Assembly: GCA_016699445.1 (NCBI GenBank)
Contig: CP064976.1
Coordinates: 1,897,125 to 1,961,124 of the forward strand
DNA from: Deltaproteobacteria bacterium
Lineage (GTDB): Bacteria; UBA10199; JACPAL01; GCA-016699445
Length of the DNA: 64,000 bases
Direction: 5' to 3'
A model generated the notes under the pieces. It was not told where the DNA came from, ran no database searches, and saw only the letters and a list, made by a program, of their open reading frames with translations. Every line of letters starts with the position of its first letter. Positions within the stretch are counted from its first letter, which is position 1. Below, piece after piece: positions 50,017-58,443 of the stretch. The translations under genes were made by a program, and so were the position numbers.

Positions 50017-51393
50017 CTAACTTTTAAGGGCATTTTTGGCCAACATCATACCTACTTCCCAAGCTCCACCGGGAAATTTATGGCACTCACTCACAACATC
50101 GCGCAATGCATTGGCAAAATAATCGACATCTTCTTGAGTGATCACCAATGGCGGGAGGAGTTTGACCAGGTCGATGTTATGTCCAGCTACTTGTGTGAGG
50201 ACTCGATGCTTACTCATGAGAGGAACGACAATCATCTGACCAAAAAGACCTTTATTGGCCGCATGAATCATCTTCCACGCGGCTTTCAGGCTGAAAGATT
50301 TTGGTTCTTTAAATTCAATCCCAATGATCAAGCCTTTACCACGGACTTCTTTAAACATTTCAAACTCAGAACATTTTTCATGAATAGCCTGGCGGAGCGC
50401 ATTGCCAAGTGTTTCGGCTTTTTGAACTAAATTTTCTTTTTCTAAAATTTCCAAGCTCGCTAGAGCCGCACCCATGGCGAGTGTGTTTTTTCCATAAGTA
50501 TTGGAATGCACCACGCAGCGATCCATTTTTGAAAACACTTTTTTATAAATATCTCGTCTCATGACAATTGTTCCGACAGGTACAAGTCCTCCCGATAAAG
50601 CTTTGGCGAGGCAAATGATGTCAGGCTCGAGATTCCAGTGTTGAAAGCCAAACCATTTTCCGGTGCGTCCCAAACCTACTTGAACTTCATCTGAAATGAA
50701 AAGAGCTCCATACTTTTGACAAAGCTTTTGAGCTTCTGGAAGAAAATGATCTTCAGGGATGTGAACGCCTTTACCTTGAATGGGTTCAAAAATAAAAGCC
50801 GCTACATCATTTTTTTTGAGTTCATACTCCAGAGCGGCCAGATCATTCATAGGAATCTTGGTGCCTTCGAGCAGCTCACCAAAACCACCACGAAATTCTT
50901 CATTCCCATTAGCCGACAGAGATCCCAACGTCAGTCCGTGAAACGCATGATCCAGATAGAGAATGCGACTGCGCCCCGTAGCTCCACGAGCCATTTTGAG
51001 AGCGCCTTCGACGGCTTCGGTACCGGAATTAGTAAAGAAAACGGTGTCGAGATGCTTGGGTGTGAGAGAGGTGATTTTTTCAGCGACAAGTCCCGAGAGC
51101 AGGCTGCAATCCATCTGCACCATGCTGGAAAGATCCAGATCAAGGAGGTCGTGCAGGACTTGTTTTATTTGAGGATTGTTGCGGCCAACCGCAAAAACTC
51201 CATAGCCGGAGAGAAAGTCCAAATACCGCTGTCCATCAGCATCATAAAGGTATTGGCCCTCGGCGCGCTTATACACTTTATCAAATCCAATCGTGCGCAG
51301 GACTTTGACAAATTGCGGATTTACAAATTGATCATGGAGGTCATAATTTTGTCCCCAGCGTTCTTTGATGATTTTTTTTATATCAAAATTCAT
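50017..51393 (-). CDS. class-III pyridoxal-phosphate aminotransferase (acetylornithine/GABA aminotransferase family)
   Basis: DEVQVGLGRTGKWFG, GGLVPVG and the conserved Lys region LAKALSGG. 458 aa. Substrate not assignable. Confidence 0.85.
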   Translation of the reverse strand: MNFDIKKIIKERWGQNYDLHDQFVNPQFVKVLRTIGFDKVYKRAEGQYLYDADGQRYLDFLSGYGVFAVGRNNPQIKQVLHDLLDLDLSSMVQMDCSLLSGLVAEKITSLTPKHLDTVFFTNSGTEAVEGALKMARGATGRSRILYLDHAFHGLTLGSLSANGNEEFRGGFGELLEGTKIPMNDLAALEYELKKNDVAAFIFEPIQGKGVHIPEDHFLPEAQKLCQKYGALFISDEVQVGLGRTGKWFGFQHWNLEPDIICLAKALSGGLVPVGTIVMRRDIYKKVFSKMDRCVVHSNTYGKNTLAMGAALASLEILEKENLVQKAETLGNALRQAIHEKCSEFEMFKEVRGKGLIIGIEFKEPKSFSLKAAWKMIHAANKGLFGQMIVVPLMSKHRVLTQVAGHNIDLVKLLPPLVITQEDVDYFANALRDVVSECHKFPGGAWEVGMMLAKNALKS

Positions 51394-51420
51394 GGGCCTT
51401 GGGGTAACAACTCATTTTTA

Positions 51421-52237
51421 TGAAGTCTATTATCATTATTTTACTTCTTTTTCTGGCTCTTTGAACGCTTTTGACCCTCGTTGCCCGGGCGCTGATGATC
51501 CTCCGCCAGCCATTGTTAAACCAGATATGCCTAAACTTATTTCTGCTTTGGAAAAATTGAGGGATACTGAGAATCGTATTGTTTGGGTGAAAAATGAAGA
51601 TAATCTAGGTGAACTCAAAAAAATATTTGAGAGCACTCCTCAAAGAACCAAGCTCGAGCAGTTTTATCAAATGCTCTATCATCTTCAAAAACAGCTTCCA
51701 GACAATCAAAAGTCTTTTGTGATTCAGCCGCCATTGATTACGGAAGTGTTGGTCCAAGCAAAAGTATTTCCAGATCCAAAATTTCCTTCTCATATTACTC
51801 AAGTAGAGATGAATAAAGAGAGTGCCACCAACACACCTCGATACCAAGTCGACTTTGATCAAAAAGAAGTTCGCTTCCCGATTAATCAGGGAAAAGGTTT
51901 TTCGACGTGGGAGCAGGGGATGTGTCAGATTGCTAAGGCGTTGGTATTTTACCCAGGTTTTTCCTTTGTGGTGCGCAAGGCTCGCAATTCCAAAAATCTT
52001 GTGGCCGACAGTTTTGATAAAGTTGAAATTTATGGCCAGTTTGGGACGCGGAAGGTTTTCGATATTGATTTAAACTATGTCGATCTGGAAAAAGTCGAGT
52101 TTATCGATGGCACAGACCAAGGTCGCGTCAAATCACGCGTGGCCAAGCGAGAGTTTCGCGAGAATAAACACTCAGGCCTTTTCAAGTTTATCGGCACTTT
52201 GATCCCAAATACCTCGCAACAACGGATTGATTGGTAA
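51421..52237 (+). CDS. hypothetical secreted protein; the signal peptide is restored by a 1-nt correction
   Basis: The ATG at 51421 encodes MKSIIIILLLFLAL and then hits TGA. The long ORF-track frame (NAFDPRCPGADD...) continues from there. They join if the T3 run at 51461-51463 is T4. Confidence 0.5.
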
Positions 52238-52238
52238 T

Positions 52239-52424
52239 CTACTTTTGAGAGCAAGTGTTAATTTTTAAAGGTGTGTAGAGAGGGCAGAAACCAATAGCAG
52301 CTGTAGCTAGAGGGATAATGCCAATAGCTCCCAGCCATGATTTGGTTGCTAAGCCAAAGCCGATCAGGCCAACACCGACGACGATTCTGATAATACGATC
52401 TGCTTTTCCGACATTACATCCCAT
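52239..52424 (-). CDS. DUF2892 family small membrane protein (YgaP-like)
   Basis: 61 aa with ADRIIRIVVGVGLIGFG...IGIIPLATAAIGFCPLY, the two-helix DUF2892 pattern. Confidence 0.5.
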   Translation of the reverse strand: MGCNVGKADRIIRIVVGVGLIGFGLATKSWLGAIGIIPLATAAIGFCPLYTPLKINTCSQK

Positions 52425-52554
52425 AAAACCTCCTTGATTAAGACAATATTAGATTAATTGAAAAATCAGTAACTGATCTTTATCATGTTTATCATACAAT
52501 CTTGACAAGAAGAGTCAGATCAGAAAAAAGTCCGCTTCCCTAAGGAGAAAAATT

Positions 52555-53256
52555 ATGAGCGAAGTCGCCGCCCAGACTACAATGGAAGAATATGCCGTTA
52601 GTGAAGCCTGTATTGCTTGTGATGCTTGTTGTAATGATTTCCCCGATATTTTTATCATGAATCCTGAGCACACACGGGCCAAGGCAGTGGCACCGTCTCC
52701 TAAAGGAAAATTTAATCCTTGGGATATCATTTATGTGTGTCCTGTTGATGCGATTTCCTTAATCAAAGGCGAGCTTCCTCCAGCTCCAGAAAATAAAAAG
52801 AAAGCCAAAGTTGAAGACTTGCCACCTCCTGAAGATAATCGTCCCTGGGAAGTACGTTGGGCGGAAGCGAAAAAGAGAGGGCCTGAGTCAGAGTGGGATC
52901 GGATGAAGCGTTATGGATTAGCCTCTGAATTAGAAGAAGAGGTGACTAAGTATCAGATTCGTTTTGCTTTGCCTAATCGAGTGCCAGATCATCAGTTGAA
53001 GTATAAATGGAATCTTCCTGAAGTGATGCCTGATTACAAATTTGATATTAAGCTCAGCCAAAATGGAAAAACCCTTTTTGTAAAAGGTTGGTTGGAAGAT
53101 GATCATGTGAAAAAACTTTGCGGTATAGCAAACTCTTTTCCAGATCGCTTCTATCGTGAGATCATTTTAGGCCAATCTGCCAAAGAAGTTTCTTTTAATT
53201 ACAATTCAAAAGATAAAGTTTTAGACGTATTTGTAGAGAAAGCTGCGATTCATTAA
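52555..53256 (+). CDS. ferredoxin-like iron-sulfur domain fused to a ~150-aa C-terminal domain of unknown function
   Basis: N-terminal CIACDACC...YVCPVDAI cluster-binding motifs. The C-terminal part (YQIRFALPNRVP...LFVKGWLED) has no confident family. Confidence 0.55.
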   Translation: MSEVAAQTTMEEYAVSEACIACDACCNDFPDIFIMNPEHTRAKAVAPSPKGKFNPWDIIYVCPVDAISLIKGELPPAPENKKKAKVEDLPPPEDNRPWEVRWAEAKKRGPESEWDRMKRYGLASELEEEVTKYQIRFALPNRVPDHQLKYKWNLPEVMPDYKFDIKLSQNGKTLFVKGWLEDDHVKKLCGIANSFPDRFYREIILGQSAKEVSFNYNSKDKVLDVFVEKAAIH

Positions 53257-53259
53257 TCG

Positions 53260-54648
53260 ATGTTCATCGATTCTCACGCTCATATATTTTTCGAAGATTT
53301 TAAGGACGAAGTTGGTGATATATTAAATCGTGCCAAAGAAGCTGGTGTGGGCTGCATGATCAATGTTGGTACTGACATTGAGAGCAGTCAGACGGTGATC
53401 AATCTGGCTGAAAAATATCCTCAGATCTTTGCTATCGTTGGGATTCATCCTCATGAAGTTCAGGAGATGACAGATCAAGATCTCGTGACGCTTAAAGAAA
53501 TGGCTCAGCATGAGAAGGTCGTCGCCATTGGTGAAGTGGGTTTGGATTATTATTACGAGCATTCTCCCAAAGACATTCAACAAAAACGACTGAGAGATTT
53601 TATTAAACTGGCTCGAGAAGTAAAATTGCCATTGGTGATTCACTGTCGAGATGCCTTTGAGGATTGTTTCCGTATTTTTGATGAAGAAAATGCGTGGAAG
53701 TTGGGTGGTGTTTTTCATTGTTACACGGGAGATTTGGAAACCGCGAAAAAAATTATCAAAAAAGGTTTCTACGTTTCATTTTCAGGAATCATCACCTTTA
53801 AAAAAGCGACAGAACTTCATGAAGCTGTGAAGAATTTGCCGCGAGATCGTTATTTGATTGAAACAGATTGCCCATTTTTAGCGCCTGAACCCTTCCGCGG
53901 AAAGAGAAACGAGCCGGCATACGTCAAATATATCGCAGAAAAAATTGCAGAGTTAAAGTCACTCAATGTGAGTGATGTGGCACGCATTTCAGCGCGCAAT
54001 ACAAAAGATGTTTTTGGTTTGCCGATTGAGCTTCCAGATGATGTCGCTAAGATTGCTTACCGTATCCGAAATTCTCTTTATTTAAATATCACCAATCAAT
54101 GCACACTCTCGTGTGTGTTTTGTCCGAAGTTTGATGATTGGATGGTGAAGGGTCATTATTTGAAAAATGATCATGAGCCGACAGAAGAAGAAATTCTGAA
54201 AGCCATTGATGATGTGGGCGATGTGAATCAGTTTCAGGAAATTGTCTTTTGTGGTTTTGGAGAGTCAACACTGCGCCTGGAGCTTTTGAAGAGTGTGGCG
54301 AAAAGGCTCAAAGCTCGCGGCTCGCGGCTGCGATTGGATACAGAAGGGTTGGGAAATTTAGTTCATCGACGCAATATTCTGCCAGAGCTTGCTGGTTTGA
54401 TTGATTCTGTTTCTGTGTCGCTCAACGCTCCGGATGCCAAGACGTATGCGAAAGTATGTCCTTCTAAGTTTGGTGAAGAAGCTTTCCCTGCGGTGAAGGC
54501 TTTTATTCTCGAAGCTAAAAAACATATCCCGACAGTCGTCGCTTCAGCTGTGGGACTTCCTAATATGAACATCACCGCTATCCAAAAAATCGCCGAAGAA
54601 GAACTTGGTGTTCCTTTCCGACTACGTCCTTATGATGAGGTGGGGTAG
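53260..54648 (+). CDS. TatD-family metal-dependent hydrolase fused to a C-terminal radical-SAM-like domain
   Basis: TatD motifs DSHAH, GIHPH, GEVGLDY, HCRDA and ETDCPF in residues 1-255. Then NITNQCTLSCVFCPK (C-x3-C-x2-C) and a Gly-rich SAM-binding stretch. Confidence 0.8.
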   Translation: MFIDSHAHIFFEDFKDEVGDILNRAKEAGVGCMINVGTDIESSQTVINLAEKYPQIFAIVGIHPHEVQEMTDQDLVTLKEMAQHEKVVAIGEVGLDYYYEHSPKDIQQKRLRDFIKLAREVKLPLVIHCRDAFEDCFRIFDEENAWKLGGVFHCYTGDLETAKKIIKKGFYVSFSGIITFKKATELHEAVKNLPRDRYLIETDCPFLAPEPFRGKRNEPAYVKYIAEKIAELKSLNVSDVARISARNTKDVFGLPIELPDDVAKIAYRIRNSLYLNITNQCTLSCVFCPKFDDWMVKGHYLKNDHEPTEEEILKAIDDVGDVNQFQEIVFCGFGESTLRLELLKSVAKRLKARGSRLRLDTEGLGNLVHRRNILPELAGLIDSVSVSLNAPDAKTYAKVCPSKFGEEAFPAVKAFILEAKKHIPTVVASAVGLPNMNITAIQKIAEEELGVPFRLRPYDEVG

Positions 54649-54705
54649 TCTTGAAATTTCATACTTCCTGTTTGATATTTCATAAAAATATGATATCCTG
54701 TTGGA

Positions 54706-55830
54706 ATGATTGATAGAATAAGTGAGAAAAATCGAATTCTTAAGGCTTTTAGGACCTTTCCTGCCGTGGCTTTATTGGGTCCTCGTCAGTGTGGAAAGAC
54801 GACGCTAGCCAAACAAATTCCTTATGATCATTTCTTTGATTTGGAGAATGTTCGAGATTTAGTGCGCTTCGACCATCCTCAATTAGCTCTTGAAAACTTA
54901 TCAGGGACGATTGTCATCGACGAGGTACAGCGCAAGCCCGATCTTTTTCCGATCATTCGCTATTTGGTCGATCATAATCCCCATCAAAAATATCTGATTT
55001 TGGGAAGTGCCTCGCGAGATCTCATCCGGCAAGGATCGGAAAGCTTAGCGGGTCGACTGGCATATCTGGAGCTCTCTGGCTTTTCACTGGAAGAGGTCTC
55101 TGTAGAGGAAAAAAACAAACTCTGGCTTAGGGGAAGTTACCCCAAATCTTTTTTAGCAGAAGACGAAGAAGCGAGTTTTTTATGGAGAGAAAATTATATC
55201 CGGAGTTTTCTAGAGCGCGATATCCCTCAACTAGGGATTCAACTGCCGGCTGAAACGCTGCGACGCTTTTGGATGATGCTCAGTCATTATCACGGTCAGA
55301 TTCTGAATTATTCTGAACTCGCGAAGTCATTTGGAGTGTCTGATATGACGGTCCGCAAATATATCGAAATTCTCAAAGGTACTTTCATGGTTCGGTTGAT
55401 GACTCCTTGGCATAACAATACAGGTAAAAGAATTGTGAAACATCCAAGACTTTATCTGAGAGATTCAGGTCTTTTTCACTCGCTCCAAAGCATTCGTTAT
55501 TGGAATGATTTGCAGACACACCCTAAGCTAGGAGCTTCGTGGGAAAGTTTTGCTGTGGACACTTGCATAAAGAAGATTGGGCTAGGGGAAGAACATTTCT
55601 TTTTTTGGTCTGTCCATCAAGGGGCTGAAATGGATCTTTTTTGGAAAGATCGTGGTAAAAATTGGGGAATTGAAGTGAAGTATGCCGATGCTCCAAAGCT
55701 GACAACTTCAATGAAGACGGCGGTGAAAGAGTTAGAGCTAGATCACTTGTGGGTCGTATATCCAGGTCGTGAAACTTACCCTATAGATAAAAAAATAACT
55801 GTAGTGCCGATGGGTTCTCAGTTTGAATGA
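54706..55830 (+). CDS. COG1373 family protein: AAA+ ATPase with DUF4143, paralog 4
   Basis: Walker A GPRQCGKTTL, Walker B VIDEVQR and the DUF4143 C-terminus (GAEMDLF...GIEVKYAD). Confidence 0.8.
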   Translation: MIDRISEKNRILKAFRTFPAVALLGPRQCGKTTLAKQIPYDHFFDLENVRDLVRFDHPQLALENLSGTIVIDEVQRKPDLFPIIRYLVDHNPHQKYLILGSASRDLIRQGSESLAGRLAYLELSGFSLEEVSVEEKNKLWLRGSYPKSFLAEDEEASFLWRENYIRSFLERDIPQLGIQLPAETLRRFWMMLSHYHGQILNYSELAKSFGVSDMTVRKYIEILKGTFMVRLMTPWHNNTGKRIVKHPRLYLRDSGLFHSLQSIRYWNDLQTHPKLGASWESFAVDTCIKKIGLGEEHFFFWSVHQGAEMDLFWKDRGKNWGIEVKYADAPKLTTSMKTAVKELELDHLWVVYPGRETYPIDKKITVVPMGSQFE

Positions 55831-55843
55831 AGCAATATTGTAT

Positions 55844-57046
55844 TTATTCCGCTAATTGATTAGGTTTGTAAGACAAGAGCCGGTCGAGATTGGTCATAAA
55901 TGATCGTGAATCCATCTGTTTATTACGATCCAAAATCATTTTTACTTCTGTTCTCATGACATTTCCTGCTGATAAAAATCGGCCTTCAGTGATGGAAAAT
56001 ATTTTTTGATTCACCACATCAAAGTCATCACCCTTAATCAAAAAAGTTTCAGGATTATCACGAGGCTCTGTTTCAGTGACTAAATCATAAGGCCCTTTGA
56101 GTTGGTCATTCATAATGTGATGCATGGATCTCTCAAGATCGGGCCATAATACATTCGACGCATCTCTTATTTGAATAGCAAGGTTTTGGATGGAGCTAGG
56201 GGGTGAGGGTAATGTCGTTTTACCTTCCAGAGCTTTGAGAATGCGTTGTCGCAATTCCTGACTCGTAGAATCAGGTCTAGCCGTATAGCTTTCATAAAAA
56301 CGGTGAGAATTAGAAACGAGATGCGCGGCTGTGCGGATGAATCCCCTAAAACTATCATCTTTTTGTCGACCCCATGCAAAATAAGCTTTGATCGCCTCTT
56401 CTGTCAGGGCTGGTGTAATCTGCGCTGCGTGGTAGGGTTGGTGTAGATCTCGGTGGTCGCCATAACTTTAAGAAAAAAACCTCCAGCCCCAATAGGGTTC
56501 ATCAAAAGAAAATGCCAGGAGTGAAAGTTGGTAATAGATTTCTGCACGTTCGGTCGCTTCGCCCAATTTTCGAAAAGGAAAGCCAAAAGTAGAAACAGGA
56601 TGTTTAAATGAAAAAGGAGGTTTTTCAAGATGGCGAAAAGCTTTGGAGTTGGCGCCTTGAAGTTCTCCAAACCAGATTTGATCGGGAAACATAGGTTTAG
56701 GATTTCCTTTTTCGTCACGGATAAAAAGATCTTCGTCACGACCTTCATCAGGATCGGTGGCATAGAATGATAAAATTTCAAAAGGAGTGAGGCTATTGCG
56801 GCCCCTGGCTTGAGGGTTGGTTGTTTCAAGATCTGTTTTAGTATTGATCTTAAGATAGTTTGAAAAAAACCAAGGATCTCGAAACTCTGGTCGCAGTGTT
56901 TGAAGCTTTTGTAAAAAAGATCGCAGTGGTGTGATGATGACAGGCTGATCCAACCCCCACTCAGATGAGACATCCTGTAAGGCGTGTCTCGTCATCGTGC
57001 GATGGTCGTCTCCATCCCAGGAATACAGAGAGGAGAGCATGAGCAA
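55844..57046 (-). pseudogene. hypothetical protein (~400 aa, probably secreted) interrupted by an in-frame TAA
   Basis: ORFs 56468..57046 and 55844..56254 are in the same frame. The connecting 200 nt are open in that frame apart from the TAA at 56468-56470. An upstream frame encodes a signal peptide (MIQYTKKLIFFITLTCSSLL) if the A6 run at 57080-57085 is A7. Confidence 0.5.
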
Positions 57047-57927
57047 AGAAGAACAGGTGAGGGTAATAAAAAATATAAGTTTTTTGTATATTGTATCATA
57101 AGATTAACTATTTTTTTTTCATGTCGCTGTTTGGTTAGCTCATTCCATTCCCACAAAAGTCCTGGGCTCGTAAAGTTGATTTCGGTGAGATGCTCGTCGA
57201 TGACATCAAGGCCAGCAAAAAAGATCCCATTTTTTTTGAGAAATTGACCAATTTCTCGGCACATTTTTTTCTCACGTAGAGAGAGGGTTGTTGAAGAAAG
57301 TCGTGCTCCTAAGTCAGGGTTCGCTAGAAAATTTTTCTTTGAGGGTATTTTGAGCAAGGCTCCATGGGCTTTTCCATCCACCATGAATATTCTCTTTTCA
57401 CCTTTTGTTTTAATATGAGCTAAGTAGGCCTGAAGCATGACTGAGGTTTTTATATTTTTGATGTCTCTTGAGCTTGAAATCAGTCGAATCCCTTTACTGG
57501 CATAGCTATTCAATGGTTTGAGAACAACCTCCCCATACTTTTTTAAAAAAATAGACGCCTGACGAAAACTTTTAGTGATGATGGTTGGCGGTATCCATTG
57601 GGGGAAGTTGAGAATCATTGATTTTTCAGACCATTGCCGGATGACGGATGGATTATTGATGACAGGTGTCGTCTTGTGAAATGTTTCAAGTGTCCGACAA
57701 GCCTTGAGATATTTTTGATCCACCGGGGGATCTTTGCGCATTAAAATAAAATCGAAATCGGTAGGTTTGATTTTATTCAAATCTTCAAGGGAAGTCAGAA
57801 AAATTTCAAAATGTCTTTTTTGAAGTTCAGAAAGAAGAAGCAGAGTGGAATCTTTTTTGAGAGAATAGTGACGCTTCCAAAAAGCGTCCATAACGCATAA
57901 AACTTTACGAGCAATTTTTTTGCTCAT
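56992..57927 (-). CDS. gshB: glutathione synthetase (ATP-grasp, GshB-like)
   Basis: DFILMRKDPP, KPLNSYASKGI and GIFFAGLDVIDEHLTEINFTSP align to prokaryotic GshB. The 3' end is uncertain; a homopolymer-dependent TAG near 57108 is likely the true stop. Confidence 0.7.
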   Translation of the reverse strand: MSKKIARKVLCVMDAFWKRHYSLKKDSTLLLLSELQKRHFEIFLTSLEDLNKIKPTDFDFILMRKDPPVDQKYLKACRTLETFHKTTPVINNPSVIRQWSEKSMILNFPQWIPPTIITKSFRQASIFLKKYGEVVLKPLNSYASKGIRLISSSRDIKNIKTSVMLQAYLAHIKTKGEKRIFMVDGKAHGALLKIPSKKNFLANPDLGARLSSTTLSLREKKMCREIGQFLKKNGIFFAGLDVIDEHLTEINFTSPGLLWEWNELTKQRHEKKIVNLMIQYTKNLYFLLPSPVLLCSCSPLCIPGMETTIAR

Positions 57928-58199
57928 TACATGACAGCTTTTTTCAATTCTTTTCCGGCCTTAAATTTTGGAAGGCTGCAGGCTTTGATATTGAGTTCGG
58001 CGCCTGTTTGAGGATTTCGACCTTTGCGGGCTTTACGTTTTGAAACACAAAAAGTACCAAATCCTGTGAGAGTGAGTTTGTCGCCTTTTTTCAAAGCTTT
58101 GGTAATATGGTTTGTGAATGAGTTGATCGCTTTTTCCGAAAGTGTTTTCGAAATTTTACACTCTTTGGCAATAGCAGCTATCAGTTCGGCTTTCGTCAT
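57927..58199 (-). CDS. hup: HU family DNA-binding protein
   Basis: MTKAELIAAIA...GFGTF......ARKGRNPQTG. 90 aa. Confidence 0.9.
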   Translation of the reverse strand: MTKAELIAAIAKECKISKTLSEKAINSFTNHITKALKKGDKLTLTGFGTFCVSKRKARKGRNPQTGAELNIKACSLPKFKAGKELKKAVM

Positions 58200-58443
58200 A
58201 TATAAACCCTTTGATTATTAATGGTTTGAAAAGCTCGAAGGCTCTAAGTCGTCCTTTAAAACGATGTCAAATATTTTTGCTAATTAATCGGGAGAGCAGC
58301 TTCGCTGACTTCCTTCCCAGGCCCTCTCGCCATAGTGTGATCGTGCGGCTTAAATCTATCACGATTACACAAAAATTGAGATTCAAAATGGTTAGAAATT
58401 GCCTTGATAAATAAGGTTGGAGCTGACAGAAGCCCGCCCACTT

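Noticed and set aside
45914-56470. The three in-frame stops read as evidence of an alternative genetic code or stop-codon recoding.
   Set aside because: TAA, TGA and TAG terminate many conserved genes at their expected ends in this window, for example rlmE, lysS, prfB and gyrA. prfB and a normal RF2 frameshift cassette are present.
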